A DNA stretch of 64,000 nt from Armatimonadota bacterium (GCA_046292385.1 JBKBRF010000009.1:32001-96000), one strand, 5' to 3'; counted from the stretch's first letter, positions 11,101 to 22,907 are shown. The notes: generated by a model not told the origin, from the letters alone. A program made the numbers and translations.

Positions 11101-12492
11101 AAGTGCTACGGGCGCGACCTGGCCCGCGGCGCGCTGGTGGAGGTCGGCACCGCGGTCGGTATCATCGCCGCGCAGTCGATCGGTGAGCCGGGAACGCAGC
11201 TCACGATGCGGACCTTCCACACAGGTGGCGTCGCCGGCGAGTACCTCACCGGCGTCGCCGAAGTGAAGAAGAAGAAGCAGGAGACGCTGGCGCTGATCCA
11301 CGACGACGTCGATAAGGGCATCGTCGAGTTCGGAGAAGAGACCAGCGAGCGGGAGCGCGTGAAGGCGATCCAGGCGGTGCTGAAGGTGCTGGAAGAGCAG
11401 GTCCGCGGCCTCCTGCGGGTCACGGAGCTGTTCGAGGCGCGTAAGCCGAAGGGCCAGGCGATCGTCTCCGAGGTGGACGGCACCGTGGCGGAGATCAACC
11501 GCAAGGGCCTGCGCCAGGTGATCATCCACACCGAGGAGAGCATCGAGGAGCCGAGCCGGATCACCGGGGAAGTCTCCGCGGAAGATATCTACGTGCCGGA
11601 GACGGAGACGCAGATCGTCAAGGCGGGCGACCAGATCAACGACAAGATCTTCCGCCAGATCCGCGATGCCGGCTTCCTCACCGTGAAGCTCCGCAAGAGC
11701 TACATGGTGCCCTACCGCGGGAACCTGGAGGTCGACAAGGACGACGTGATCCGGGCGGGCGACCGCCTCACGGAAGGCCCGCTCGACCCGCACAAGGTGC
11801 TCGACCTGCAGGGCGTCCGCGGTGTCCAGGAGTACCTGGTGCGCGAGATCCAGGCGGTCTACAAGAACCAGGGCGTGGACATCAACGACAAGCACGTGGA
11901 GATCATCGTGCGGCAGATGCTGAAGAAGCGGAAGATCGTCCACCCGGGCGACACCCGCTTCCTGCCGGGCCAGGTGGTCGACCGCTTCGAGTTCGAGGAC
12001 GAAAACCAGCGCGTGACCAACGCCGAAGGCACCGCCGCGACCGCGGAGTGGATGCTGCTCGGGATTACGGAAGCGTCGCTGCAGACGGAGAGCTTCCTCT
12101 CCGCCGCCTCGTTCCAGAAGACGACCCGCGTGCTCACGGAGGCGGCGGTCCGCGGCAAACGCGACCACCTGCAGGGGCTGAAGGAGAACGTCATCATCGG
12201 ACGGCTCATCCCGGCCGGTACCGGCCTGCCGCGCTACCGCAACCTCGACGTGGCGGTGCAGGGCGAGGACGGCAGCTGGGAAGCGGTGAAGTCGCTGCCG
12301 CGGGCGCTCTCGTTCCACGGCGGCGACGACCGGGACGCGCTGAACGCGGCGGACATCGCCGACCTGGCGCGGGCGGAGACAACCCTCACCGCGGCGGAAG
12401 ACGGCGAGAGCCGCGGCCGGACCGAGGGCGGCGAAGACCCGCTCTCCGCGATGGGCTTCAGCATCGAGTCCGGCGACGACAGCGACGAGTAA
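8104..12492 (+). CDS. rpoC: DNA-directed RNA polymerase subunit beta'
   Basis: Zn finger CHC...CDRC, catalytic [24 protein letters not shown] upstream. Confidence 0.99.
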   Translation: MADVSSFDTIRIGIASPDEVRDWSYGEVKKPETINYRTFKPERDGLFCERIFGPVKDWECHCGRYKKVKFKGIICDRCGVEVTRSKVRRERMGHIELAAPVCHIWYLKSVPSPLSLLLDISPRPLEKVLYFASYVITHVDRRKINENLEAAREAVEREIETIERETQEYVAGLDDEYAQRLEEEIEAFQNPIDLDEELEDEDEEPADEEARREPPTPEEVAAERQRLATKFETEKRQVREREDRNLKERIQEINDAVKMLESVERQQLIPEEQFRSLEKLLEILGRRLEKDTNEWVRAGLGAAAIKSLLEEIDLEKLARELRQEIAQTQGPRRLRAIKRLEITEAFIKSKARPEWMVLDVVPVIPPELRPMVQLDGGRFATSDLNDLYRRIINRNNRLKKIVEIRAPESIVNHEKRLLQEAVDALIDNGRRARPVVGSNNRPLRSLSDMLKGKEGRFRKNLLGKRVDYSGRSVIVVGPHLKLHQCGLPREMALELFKPFVMKTLVETQVTSNIKTAKRMIDRMNPLVWDALERVIAEHPVLLNRAPTLHRLGIQAFEPVLVDGKAIQVHPLVCTAFNADFDGDQMAVHVPLSETAQAEARILMLSTQNLFSPASGGPIVAPQQDIVLGVYFLSQEKEDAPGAGATFGNPDEVIQAHTAGRVGLLAPIKVRVNFTDEDGEQFPRIVDTTVGRVYLNQILPPRMQWRPEYTSKVMVKGDVSAMISDCHTKYGAQRTIELLDDVKALGYRMSSLSGVTVSMTDMAVPSRRNEIIANAEKEVNQANAHFRRGLLTAEERRQRVLNTWTTAAIQTGDAIMEGIERFNPIFIITNSGARGSKRQITQLSGMRGLMSDPFGRLIEDLPIKSNFHEGLSVLEFFVSTHGARKGLADTALRTADAGYLTRRLVDVAQDVIVRDIDCGTTNGIYVGEIRDGKELVERLSERVRGRYALEEIVDAETGEVLAEVNEEISDGAADRIEKAGIKTVGIRSPLTCELRQGICAKCYGRDLARGALVEVGTAVGIIAAQSIGEPGTQLTMRTFHTGGVAGEYLTGVAEVKKKKQETLALIHDDVDKGIVEFGEETSERERVKAIQAVLKVLEEQVRGLLRVTELFEARKPKGQAIVSEVDGTVAEINRKGLRQVIIHTEESIEEPSRITGEVSAEDIYVPETETQIVKAGDQINDKIFRQIRDAGFLTVKLRKSYMVPYRGNLEVDKDDVIRAGDRLTEGPLDPHKVLDLQGVRGVQEYLVREIQAVYKNQGVDINDKHVEIIVRQMLKKRKIVHPGDTRFLPGQVVDRFEFEDENQRVTNAEGTAATAEWMLLGITEASLQTESFLSAASFQKTTRVLTEAAVRGKRDHLQGLKENVIIGRLIPAGTGLPRYRNLDVAVQGEDGSWEAVKSLPRALSFHGGDDRDALNAADIADLARAETTLTAAEDGESRGRTEGGEDPLSAMGFSIESGDDSDE

Positions 12493-12520
12493 CCCCGAGT
12501 CCCAACTCGGTTGGTGATCA

Positions 12521-12552
12521 GGAGGGCCGGCAGCAAACGCTGCCGGCCCTCC
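12521..12552 (+). terminator. Strong hairpin after rpoC (probable terminator)
   Basis: 14-bp perfect stem GGAGGGCCGGCAGC / GCTGCCGGCCCTCC. Weak U-tract. Confidence 0.6.
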
Positions 12553-12871
12553 GTCCGTCTGCCTTTGCCGGTCCCTCTCCTGCTCCGAGCCGCTGCACGC
12601 TGTCGTTAGGGTGCGGCACCTGAAGGAGTGGACTCACCGGCACGGGCGCTTTACAGAGCCGGCGGATCGCTCCGAGTACGTCGCCGGCCGTCAGAATGGG
12701 CCGCGGCGACGTTATAACAGGAGTAGCAAGTGCCGGAGTGCGCTAGAATCAGTTCCGGCGCAATCACCACTACTGCCTCGGAGCGCTCGCCTGGAGGGGT
12801 ATCGTGCGCGGACGCAGAAGCTTCCGGTAGCAGCAGTCACGGATCCAATCGCGCTCTCCTCCCCGACCCCG

Positions 12872-13495
12872 ATGAAGATCCTTATTGCCGAAGATGATCC
12901 GATCTCCCGCCGCGTGCTGGAAGCCAGCCTGCGGCGCTGGGGGCACGAGGTCGTAGCCTGCGCGGACGGAACGCACGCGCACGCCGCCCTGACCACGGCG
13001 GACCCACCCCAGCTCGCCGTCCTCGACTGGATGATGCCGGGTATGGACGGCCCGGAGATCTGCCGCCGCGTCCGGGGCGGCAGCGGCCAGGACGGTCTCT
13101 ACATCATCCTGCTGACGGCGCGAGGGGAGAAGTCGGACATCGTGGAAGGCCTCGAGTCCGGCGCGAACGACTACCTCACCAAGCCGTTCGACCGCGAAGA
13201 GCTGCGCGCGCGGGTCGCCGTCGGCGTGCGCGTGGTCGAGCTCCAGCAGAGCCTCGCCGAACGAGTGCGAGAGCTGGAACTGGCGCTGGCGCATGTCAAG
13301 CAGCTCCAGGGGATCCTCCCGATCTGCTGCTACTGCAAGAAGATCCGGGACGACAGCAACTACTGGCAGCAGGTGGAAGCCTACATCGCGGCCCACTCCG
13401 GCGCGCGCTTCTCCCACGGTGTCTGCCCGGATTGCTACGAGACGGTGCTCAAGCCTGCGCTGCAGACCATGGACCGTGCTGAAGCCGAGAAGTAG
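12872..13495 (+). CDS. Response regulator with C-terminal Cys/His-rich domain
   Basis: Receiver motifs MKILIAEDD, LDWMMPGMDG, ILLTA, YLTKPF. C-terminus LPICCYCKKIRDD...SHGVCPDC. Confidence 0.9.
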   Translation: MKILIAEDDPISRRVLEASLRRWGHEVVACADGTHAHAALTTADPPQLAVLDWMMPGMDGPEICRRVRGGSGQDGLYIILLTARGEKSDIVEGLESGANDYLTKPFDREELRARVAVGVRVVELQQSLAERVRELELALAHVKQLQGILPICCYCKKIRDDSNYWQQVEAYIAAHSGARFSHGVCPDCYETVLKPALQTMDRAEAEK

Positions 13496-13585
13496 CCGCT
13501 TCCGATCCGCTCCGTGCCGCTGAGGTGCGCCGCTCCTGCTGCCGACTATCCTCGCGATGAGCCGCAGGGGCGCGCGGAGGACCGG

Positions 13586-13948
13586 ATGCCGGTAGACTAT
13601 CAACTCCTGGCCTGGGGCGGCGAGTGGGTCGCGATCCGTCCCGCCAGCGGACAGGTCTTCCTGCTCGCCTCCGTCTCCTCGGAAACCTGCCCCGTCTGCC
13701 ACTACGGGCTTCGGCTCCAGACCGTCTGGCTCGCCACTCCGGGCGAGGTGAGCCGGCTCTCCTGGTGCCAGAGCTGCTTCAACGCGGACTGGGACTCGCA
13801 GGAAGGCGTGCCCCTCCACGCGGAAACGCAGGCGGCCCTCCGGCAGGCCGTCTGCGGCGCTACGTTCTGGCCCGGTGCCCGGCCCGCGGTAGAGCATCTA
13901 CTGCAGACCGGGCTGGTACCACCCCCACGCGCCGATAGCGGCAGCTAA
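13586..13948 (+). CDS. Hypothetical CxxC...CxxC protein
   Basis: GGAGG RBS 5 nt before ATG 13586. Contains CPVC and CQSC. Confidence 0.6.
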   Translation: MPVDYQLLAWGGEWVAIRPASGQVFLLASVSSETCPVCHYGLRLQTVWLATPGEVSRLSWCQSCFNADWDSQEGVPLHAETQAALRQAVCGATFWPGARPAVEHLLQTGLVPPPRADSGS

Positions 13949-14013
13949 GGGCAGCTAAGGGGCGCTGTGGTATCCTTTCTGGCGGACCTCTCTGTCCCCT
14001 TTGGAAGGAGCCC

Positions 14014-16176
14014 ATGTCCGTTTCTCAGTCCTCCCCTCAAACCGCCGGCTCGGTCCTCGAGATCCTGCTCGCCCCGGACCGCCAGGCGGACGTACCGGTC
14101 GACGAGGCGTTCGCGGCGGAGCACCGCCGGAATATCGACTGGCTGCTCGACCGGCTCGCGAAGTCGACCGCCGGAGTCCGCGGCCTGATTGCGGACACGC
14201 CCCGGCTCACCAGCCTCTCCCTGGCGCGCGCGGAAGAGACGCCGCAGCTCAGTCCTACCATCGTCGCCCTGATCGCGCAGGCCTACGCCGGTTACCTGAG
14301 GGAGTCAGCCGGCGGCGGCGCCGCCGCCTTCGTGGGGTATGATGCCCGCTTCCTCTCCCGGGAGTTCGGGGAGATCTTCACGCGCGTCTTCGCCGGCAAC
14401 GGCATCCGCGTGGTGCGGGACCGGAACGGAGAGGCGACTCCGACCCCCGTCACCTCGTTCATGTCGGTCCACCAGGGGCTGAACGGCGGCATCCAGATCA
14501 CCGCCAGCCACAACCCACCTAACCACAACGGCGTGAAGTCGAGCACCTCCTACGGCGGGGTGGATACCGACGACGTTTCGGACCGCATCGCCGCGCACGT
14601 GCGGCGACTGGTGGAAGAAGACTCGGTAATCCGCTTCGCGCCTCGCAGCTCCCCACTGGTGGAGGAGGTCGACGCCAAGGGGATTTACGCGCGGGAGTAC
14701 CTGCGCCCCACCTTCCCCGCGGAGCAGCTCGAGCCGCTGCGGAAAGCGATCGAGTCGGGGGCGGGCTTTCTCTTCGACGGCCTCCACGGCGTCGGCGGCT
14801 CGGCCATGCGCCGCTATCTGGAGCTCCTGCTGCCGCAGACCGACTGGCGGAAGTCGATCCACCTCCTGAATGCCGAGCCGGACTCCAGCATCGGCGGCAT
14901 TGAGAAGCCGGATCCGTCCGATCCGAACACGCTCGTCCTCTCCGGGGCGATCTCCTACCTCACGCAGCATCCCGGGGTCCTCGTCTCCGTCACCGCCGAC
15001 ATGGATGCGGACCGCATCGGTACCGCGGTGCTGATCCCCGCGTCCGAGGTGGAGCGAGCGCGGCGGTTCGGCCTCTTCGTGAGCGGCTTCGAGGGGGGAG
15101 TCCACGCGGTTCGCTTCACGCCGAACCAGATCTTCACCCTGATCGCCTACGACCGTCTCCTCGCCGCCACCGGCTGCGACGCCGCGGGGCTGCGGGAGGC
15201 GGTGCGGTGCGGGCGGATCGACGGGTCGAGGTACCACCTCCTCACCACGATCGCCAGCAGCGTCCTGGCGGAGCAGCTGGCGCGCACGTTCGGGCTCAAC
15301 TTCCATCTCACGGCGGTCGGCTTCAAGAATCTCGGCAAGCTGGCCCGGGAGATCGACGCCTCTGCCAGCTCGGGCGCGGACCGGGACGTGATCCTGGCGC
15401 TGATGGAAGAGAGCGGCGGCGCGCAGGTCGGCCCGTTCCGACCCTGGAACGACCGCGGCGACACGATCCACCGGGACAAGGACACCTGCGCCCTGGCGCT
15501 GGCGCTCTTCAACCTGGCGTCGCGGATGCACCTGCAGGGCCGCACGGTGCTCGACTTCTACCTGGAGATGGCGGAGCAGTTCGGCTCCCTCGCCTACTTC
15601 GAGCGGCTCGACGCGTACCTGCCGAGCCGGGAGGTCGCCGAAGATCCGCAGCGGGGGGAGGAGGCGAACCAGGTGAAGGCGGAGATGCTGGAGCGGCTGG
15701 TGGCGCTGGCGGAGCCGGGCAACTCGATCCAGCTCCTGCGGCTGCTCGGATACGAGCCGTCCGACGTAGCCGGCACCGAGAGCCGCGCGCTCGACGCGAT
15801 CTCCCTCCTCGTGAAGCTCGGCGGCGAATGGATGACGATCCACCCGAAGGCCACCCTGCACCGGATGCACAACGGCGAGACGGTGGAGCTCTACCGCGCC
15901 GGCCCGTTCCCGCACGATGGGATGCGGATCAGCGTGTACGACGCCGAAGGCAGGGTGCGGCACTGGTGCCTGGTGCGCGCGAGCGGCACGGAGGCGGTCG
16001 TGCGCGCCTACATGGAAGTGGTGGAGCCGTTCGACAACCCGAACCCGATGCGCCTCGCCACCCAGTTCGAGCCGCTCCTACGCCACCTCGGCCTCGACCG
16101 CTACTCCATAGAGCCGGGCAAGCCGGACTACGTGGAGGAGTTCCGGGAGACGGTGCGCGCCAAGTACGGGGGCTGA
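14014..16176 (+). CDS. Phosphoglucomutase/phosphomannomutase family protein
   Basis: Motifs VGYDAR, ITASHNP (phospho-Ser), DMDADR metal loop, MEESGG, VRASGTE. TGnTATCCT at 13968-13976 upstream. Confidence 0.88.
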   Translation: MSVSQSSPQTAGSVLEILLAPDRQADVPVDEAFAAEHRRNIDWLLDRLAKSTAGVRGLIADTPRLTSLSLARAEETPQLSPTIVALIAQAYAGYLRESAGGGAAAFVGYDARFLSREFGEIFTRVFAGNGIRVVRDRNGEATPTPVTSFMSVHQGLNGGIQITASHNPPNHNGVKSSTSYGGVDTDDVSDRIAAHVRRLVEEDSVIRFAPRSSPLVEEVDAKGIYAREYLRPTFPAEQLEPLRKAIESGAGFLFDGLHGVGGSAMRRYLELLLPQTDWRKSIHLLNAEPDSSIGGIEKPDPSDPNTLVLSGAISYLTQHPGVLVSVTADMDADRIGTAVLIPASEVERARRFGLFVSGFEGGVHAVRFTPNQIFTLIAYDRLLAATGCDAAGLREAVRCGRIDGSRYHLLTTIASSVLAEQLARTFGLNFHLTAVGFKNLGKLAREIDASASSGADRDVILALMEESGGAQVGPFRPWNDRGDTIHRDKDTCALALALFNLASRMHLQGRTVLDFYLEMAEQFGSLAYFERLDAYLPSREVAEDPQRGEEANQVKAEMLERLVALAEPGNSIQLLRLLGYEPSDVAGTESRALDAISLLVKLGGEWMTIHPKATLHRMHNGETVELYRAGPFPHDGMRISVYDAEGRVRHWCLVRASGTEAVVRAYMEVVEPFDNPNPMRLATQFEPLLRHLGLDRYSIEPGKPDYVEEFRETVRAKYGG

Positions 16177-16181
16177 TCGGA

Positions 16182-16373
16182 CGTTTTCGACACAGAGGGA
16201 CACAGAAGAACCAACAGATGGAACACAGAGGGGCAACCTCCCCAGCCTAGTCGGCCTCGGGCGGCTTACTCACCTGACGCACGGGGGAGTTTCCAACTCC
16301 GGGGCTTATCCATTCCGGTGCTTCTCTGTGTCCGCTCTGTCGGTTCGTCTGTGTCCCTCTGTGTCGAAAAACG
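16182..16373. repeat. MITE-like element with ~50-bp imperfect terminal inverted repeats built from ACACAGA-type units
   Basis: Perfect 23-bp IR TTTTCGACACAGAGGGACACAGA (16184-16206 / 16348-16370) that extends inward imperfectly. Lies between convergent genes. Confidence 0.8.
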
Positions 16374-16379
16374 GAACCC

Positions 16380-18464
16380 CTAGCCCCGGAACTCCGCCCG
16401 CACTTCCCGGGTCAGGCGCTCGCGGGCGTCGGCGATGCGGGCTTCCACTTCCGCGTCGGTGAGGGTGCGGTCTTCGGCGCCCATCTCCACCGCGTAGGCG
16501 AGGCTCACCTTCCCCTCCGGCAGGTTGGGACCGGCGTAGACGTCGAAGAGGCGCACGCGGCGGCCCACCTCGCCCAGGCTCTCCCAGAGCAGCTCTTCGA
16601 TGCGGCCGGAGGGCACGGAGGCGTCGACCACCACCGCCAGGTCGCGCAGCGCCCGGGGGAAGCGGCTCGGGGGCCGGAACTCCAGCGACCGCGACTGGTG
16701 CGCCAGCAAGGCCTCCCCGTCCAGCTCGAACGCGTAGAGGCCGCGGGGAAGGTCGAGCCGGGCGGAGACCTCCGGATGGAGCTCTCCGACGAGGCCGATC
16801 CGGTCCCGGCCGAGCGTCAGCCAGGCGGTGCGGCCGGGGTGGAACGCGGGAGCTTCGGCGGGCTCCGCCTGCAGCGGCGGCACGCCCAGCCCGGCGACCA
16901 GCGCCTCTACCGCCCCCTTCGCCTGGAAGAAGTCGGTCGCCAGCGCCTTGTCAGCGTTCCACGCGTCGCTCCAGCGGCTCCCGAGCATCACTCCCGCGAC
17001 CAGCAGGCGATCTTCCGGGAAGCCGTCCCCCACCTTGCGGTGGCCGTAGCCGGTCTCGAAGAGGAACGCGTCCTTTACGCCGTGGCGCAGGTTGTGCTGC
17101 ACCGCCAGGATCAAACCGGGAATCAGCGAGGGACGGAGCGTGTCGAATTCCTCGCTCAGCGGGTTCCTCAGCGACACCGGCCGTACCGGCCCCGCCTCCG
17201 TCGTGTTCCAGGCCGGCGAGGCCTCGAGCCGCGCTTCGCGCAGGAAGGTGGAGGCGACGAGCGTGCTGCTGACCGCCTCGTAGAGTCCCTGGCCGGTCAG
17301 GAGCTCTCGCGTCCGGCGGATCAGCTCTTCCTGGGCGCTCAGCCGGCCCGGAGCCGCGATGCCTCCCGGGAGCGTTTCCGGCAGCCGATCGTAGCCGTAG
17401 AGGCGCCCCACCTCCTCGATCAGGTCCTCCTCGATTGCCAGGTCGGGGCGGTTGGTCGGCACGGTGACCCGCCACTCGTCCGCACTCTCCCGCTCCACCT
17501 GGAAGCCGAGCTGGGCCAGGTACCGCTCCGCGTCGGCGTCGGAGACCTCCACCCCCAGCAGGTCGCGGGCACGCTGCGGCCGGAGCCGGATCGACCGGGG
17601 CTCAATCGGCGCGGGATAGAGATCGAAAAGGCTCTCGCTCACCGTGCCGCCGGAGAGCTCCGCGATGAGCTGCGCGGCGCGGTCGGCCGCGAAGACCACG
17701 CCGTTCGGGTCGACCCCGCGCTCGAAGCGGTAGGAGGCGGGGCTGGTGATGCCGGTCCGCTTGGCGGTGCGGCGGACGCTGGTCGGATCGAAGTAGGCAG
17801 ACTCGAGCAGGACGTCGGTCGTGGCGTCGGAGACCTCGCTCTCCAGCCCGCCCATCACGCCGGCGATGGCGACCGGCCGCTCGGCATCGCAGATCGCCAG
17901 CATGTTCGGGTCCATCTCCACCTCGGTGCCGTCGATCGCGATGATCCGCTCGCCGGGCCGGGCGCGTCGGACCACGATCGCGCGGCCCGCCAGCCGGTCG
18001 AGGTCGAAGGCATGGAGCGGCTGCCCCAGCTCGTACATCACGTAGTTGGTCACGTCGACCACGTTACTGATCGAGCGGAGACCCACCGCCTCCAGGCGGG
18101 CACGCAGCCAGTCCGGGGAGGGGCCGACGCGGACGCCGCGGATGAGCCGCGCGGCGTAGCGAGGGCAGAGGTCCGGCGCCTCTACCTCCACCCGCACGTC
18201 CTCCGCGGCCGGGCCCGCGGCCGCCAGGCGCGACTCCGGCAGATCCAGCTCGGCGCCGTAGAGCGCGGAAAGCTCCCGGGCCGCGCCGAGGTGCGAGAGC
18301 ATGTCCGCCCGGTTCGGCGTCAGCTTCAGATCGAGCACCGGCCCCGCCGCGGAGTCCCGGATCTGCTCGATCTCGTTCCCCGTGAGGGTCAGGCGCTCCG
18401 CCAGCTCCTCTGGGCTCTCTTCCACCCGCACGAAGTCCCGAATCCACTCCACGGAAAGCAGCAT
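16380..18464 (-). CDS. pheT: Phenylalanine--tRNA ligase beta subunit (short form lacking B2 OB-fold)
   Basis: Motifs TPNRAD, GQPLHAFD, RFERGVD, DLIEEVGRLYGYD. FDX-ACB C-terminus. Confidence 0.97.
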   Translation of the reverse strand: MLLSVEWIRDFVRVEESPEELAERLTLTGNEIEQIRDSAAGPVLDLKLTPNRADMLSHLGAARELSALYGAELDLPESRLAAAGPAAEDVRVEVEAPDLCPRYAARLIRGVRVGPSPDWLRARLEAVGLRSISNVVDVTNYVMYELGQPLHAFDLDRLAGRAIVVRRARPGERIIAIDGTEVEMDPNMLAICDAERPVAIAGVMGGLESEVSDATTDVLLESAYFDPTSVRRTAKRTGITSPASYRFERGVDPNGVVFAADRAAQLIAELSGGTVSESLFDLYPAPIEPRSIRLRPQRARDLLGVEVSDADAERYLAQLGFQVERESADEWRVTVPTNRPDLAIEEDLIEEVGRLYGYDRLPETLPGGIAAPGRLSAQEELIRRTRELLTGQGLYEAVSSTLVASTFLREARLEASPAWNTTEAGPVRPVSLRNPLSEEFDTLRPSLIPGLILAVQHNLRHGVKDAFLFETGYGHRKVGDGFPEDRLLVAGVMLGSRWSDAWNADKALATDFFQAKGAVEALVAGLGVPPLQAEPAEAPAFHPGRTAWLTLGRDRIGLVGELHPEVSARLDLPRGLYAFELDGEALLAHQSRSLEFRPPSRFPRALRDLAVVVDASVPSGRIEELLWESLGEVGRRVRLFDVYAGPNLPEGKVSLAYAVEMGAEDRTLTDAEVEARIADARERLTREVRAEFRG

Positions 18465-18555
18465 CGATCCACCCTTGTCGGTCGTACGATCAGGCCCGGA
18501 CCGCCACCGGCGATCGACGGGCGCTCGGCCCCGGTCACGGAAGACGCGGAGCCGG

Positions 18556-19539
18556 TTAGAACTGGCGCAGCATGCGAAGGTCGTTCTCGAAGAGGAGCCG
18601 GATGTCGCCGATGTTGTAGCGGACCATCGGCATGCGGTCGAGCCCCAGGCCGAACGCCAGCCCGCTCCACTCCTCCGGATCGAGGCCGACGTGGCGCAGC
18701 ACGTTCGGATGGATCATGCCGGCCCCGCCCAGCTCCAGCCAGCGGTGCGGCAGCTTGACCGCGATCTCCACGCCCGGCTCCACGAACGGGAAGAAGTCCG
18801 GCCGGAACCGCACCGTCACGTCCGGGCCGAACAGCTCGCGGGCCATCGCGGCGAGCGTCCCTTTGAGGTCGGCCAGCGTTACCTTGCGGTCGACCATGAA
18901 CGCGTCCACCTGGTGGAACGTGTGGTAGTGCGTGGCGTCGACTGCCTCGTACCGGAAGCACCGGCCGAGCGTGAAGACCCGGAACGGCGGCTTCAGCGCC
19001 GGCATCACGCGCCCCTGCAGGGCGGTGGTCTGCGTGCGGAGCAGCAGGTCCTCCGCGACGTAGAACGAGGCCTGCTCGTCCAGCGCCGGGTGCTCTTCCT
19101 GGAAGTTGAGCGCCGCGAAGTTGTAGGCGTAGTCCTCCACTTCCGGACCGTCGACCTGCTGATAGCCGAGGCCGCGCATGATGTCCGCCACGTGCTCGAA
19201 CGTGAGGGTGAGCGGGTGACGCCGGCCGACCGACGGCGCGCGTCCGGGCCGGGTCACGTCGACCGCTTCGACGCGCAGCTTGCGCTCCACGTCCGCGCGC
19301 GCCAGCTCTTCCCGGCGGGCGCCGAGCAGCTCCGCCACGCGGTCTTTAGCGGCGTTTACGCGCTGGCCGAAAGTGGGACGCTCTTCCGCGGGAAGAGTGG
19401 GAATCAGCTTCATCAGCGCGCTGATCTTCCCGCCTTTCCGTCCGAGATACGCGGTATCGATAGCGTCCAGCTCTCCCAGCGTCTGCGCGCCGGCAACCTG
19501 TGCGACCGCTTCCTGCTGGAGCTCTTGGATCGGATCCAT
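18556..19539 (-). CDS. pheS: Phenylalanine--tRNA ligase alpha subunit
   Basis: Motifs LLRTQTT, FHQVD, FPFVEPG, AFGLGLDR, DLRMLRQF. Confidence 0.97.
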   Translation of the reverse strand: MDPIQELQQEAVAQVAGAQTLGELDAIDTAYLGRKGGKISALMKLIPTLPAEERPTFGQRVNAAKDRVAELLGARREELARADVERKLRVEAVDVTRPGRAPSVGRRHPLTLTFEHVADIMRGLGYQQVDGPEVEDYAYNFAALNFQEEHPALDEQASFYVAEDLLLRTQTTALQGRVMPALKPPFRVFTLGRCFRYEAVDATHYHTFHQVDAFMVDRKVTLADLKGTLAAMARELFGPDVTVRFRPDFFPFVEPGVEIAVKLPHRWLELGGAGMIHPNVLRHVGLDPEEWSGLAFGLGLDRMPMVRYNIGDIRLLFENDLRMLRQF

Positions 19540-19683
19540 TCGCCTTCTAACTCTCCCTTCGACCTTGCGCCCAATGCAACGCAGGATTACTGGTCGTCTC
19601 TATCGAAGCTCAATATTAACGCGGGGCGGCAGCGATCCGCACTCCGCGGCAATCCGGGAGATTGTATAACAACGAGGCTGCCC

Positions 19684-20328
19684 ATGGAGAACATCGAACG
19701 TAGTCGCGAGGTAGCAGGGCAGATTCTGACCGAGTGCCGCGGAGCTTTCGGTTCCGCTCCCAGGAAATTCGGGTTATTCGACCGCCTCGGTTACCTCAGC
19801 AGCAACCGGCCCGCCTGGTGCGGCCCGAGTGACTCGCTCTCGTCCTGCTTCGTCGGACGGGACGAGCTGCTTCGGGAAGGCACCGTGGTGTGGGGGCACA
19901 TCATCCAGGGTAACCCGCTGCTCTTCAAGCCGGGACCGCAGGATTGTGCCGGAGAGGTGCTCTACTGCCAGGACCCGGACGCGGAGGTGGCGCCGAGCGA
20001 GCTGGGCGAGCTGGCGCAGGTGCTCTTCCGGCTCAAGGGCCGGGAGCACCCGGACCCGGCACTCACCCACTTCTCCCGCCACCTGGAAGAGGAGCCCACC
20101 CGCGTGTTCGGGCTCGACGTGCCGCCGGTCCTGTGCGGAGAGCTGCGATACGCGGTCTCCACGGTCTTCTTCGACCGCAAGCACCTGCCGAACCGCATGC
20201 TGAGCGCGCCGTTCTTCCCACTCGTCGTGAGTCCGGGAAGCCTGCAGATCGCCGCGATTCTTCCCTCGCGGTTCTGGCCGCCGGTCTTTACCGATTACTG
20301 GCGCCGAGCGGCGCTGGTGACCACCTGA
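19684..20328 (+). CDS. Hypothetical protein inserted antisense between rplT and pheS
   Basis: ATG 19684 after GAGG. 214 aa with genome-typical codon usage, followed by a terminator hairpin. Confidence 0.7.
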   Translation: MENIERSREVAGQILTECRGAFGSAPRKFGLFDRLGYLSSNRPAWCGPSDSLSSCFVGRDELLREGTVVWGHIIQGNPLLFKPGPQDCAGEVLYCQDPDAEVAPSELGELAQVLFRLKGREHPDPALTHFSRHLEEEPTRVFGLDVPPVLCGELRYAVSTVFFDRKHLPNRMLSAPFFPLVVSPGSLQIAAILPSRFWPPVFTDYWRRAALVTT

Positions 20329-20332
20329 GCTG

Positions 20333-20369
20333 AAAGCGCCTCTCTACCCGAAGGGCGGAGAGGCGCTTT
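20333..20369. terminator. Bidirectional terminator-like hairpin
   Basis: AAAGCGCCTCTC / GAGAGGCGCTTT between convergent genes. Confidence 0.65.
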
Positions 20370-20396
20370 ACGATTCTGGCGTTGCTGCCGGCCGGA

Positions 20397-20774
20397 TCAG
20401 GCTTCGGCCGGGGTGGCGGTGCCTGCCGCCTGCTTCGCCTGCTCCACGAGAGCGGCAAACGCCGCCGGCTCGTTGACCGCCAGGTCGGCCATCACCTTGC
20501 GGTCGACCGTTACACCGGCCGCCGTCAGGCCGTTGATGAAGCGGCTGTAGGTGATCCCCAGGTCCCGGCACGCGGCGTTGATCCGCGCGATCCAGAGGCG
20601 GCGGAACTCGCGCTTGCGGACGCGGCGGTCGCGGTAGGCGTACTGCCCCGCGTGCATCACCGCCTCGTGGGCGGTGCGGTAGACGCTGTGACGAGAGCCC
20701 CAGTAGCCCTTCGCCGCCTTCAGCACCTTGTTGTGACGCTTGCGGGTCATTACCCCGCGCTTTACACGTGGCAT
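20397..20774 (-). CDS. rplT: 50S ribosomal protein L20
   Basis: [30 protein letters not shown]. Confidence 0.98.
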   Translation of the reverse strand: MPRVKRGVMTRKRHNKVLKAAKGYWGSRHSVYRTAHEAVMHAGQYAYRDRRVRKREFRRLWIARINAACRDLGITYSRFINGLTAAGVTVDRKVMADLAVNEPAAFAALVEQAKQAAGTATPAEA

Positions 20775-20893
20775 TTCTTCTCCGTTGTCGGGCGGCAGAG
20801 CGCACGGCGCGCTCGCCGGAGGATTCACGGCCGGGAGGGAGCCACCCCCTCTGCGGCCGGGCGCTCCCGCTCGAGAGACTCGAGCGAGAGGAG

Positions 20894-21100
20894 TTAGAAG
20901 CTGTTCGGAAGGAGCCGCTTGACCCGCGCGATCTCGCCGGTGGTCTCGATCGACTTCTCAGCCTTCATGCGCCGCACGCGACCGCCATCCTTCTTGTTCA
21001 TCATCAGGTGGTTCAGGCGGTTGCTGTCGAACATGATCTTGCCGCTGCCGGTGATCTTGAACCGCTTGGCGGCCGTCTTATTCGTCTTTACCTTAGGCAT
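20894..21100 (-). CDS. rpmI: 50S ribosomal protein L35
   Basis: [21 protein letters not shown]. Directly upstream of rplT. Confidence 0.97.
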   Translation of the reverse strand: MPKVKTNKTAAKRFKITGSGKIMFDSNRLNHLMMNKKDGGRVRRMKAEKSIETTGEIARVKRLLPNSF

Positions 21101-21149
21101 TTGACGTATCCAGTCTAACCACGCGGCCGGAGTGGCCGCACAGCCTCGA

Positions 21150-21167
21150 ATTGTAGCAAGAGAGGGG

Positions 21168-21179
<12 letters not shown>
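21150..21179 (-). promoter_or_regulatory. Sigma70-type promoter for rpmI-rplT
   Basis: Minus strand TTGACT (21179-21174), 18-nt spacer, TACAAT (21155-21150) with extended TG. Confidence 0.65.

Positions 21180-22907
<1,728 letters not shown>

Noticed and set aside
3852..12318. Very long antisense ORFs opposite rpoB and rpoC (similar ones lie opposite most genes, e.g. 42274-46224)
   Set aside because: Shadow ORFs expected from high GC3 codon bias. They contain no recognisable motifs.
12800..12845. GGACGCAGAAGCTTCCGG resembling part of a c-di-GMP-I riboswitch
   Set aside because: The upstream GGCAAAC/GNRA stem is missing, so the match is partial only.
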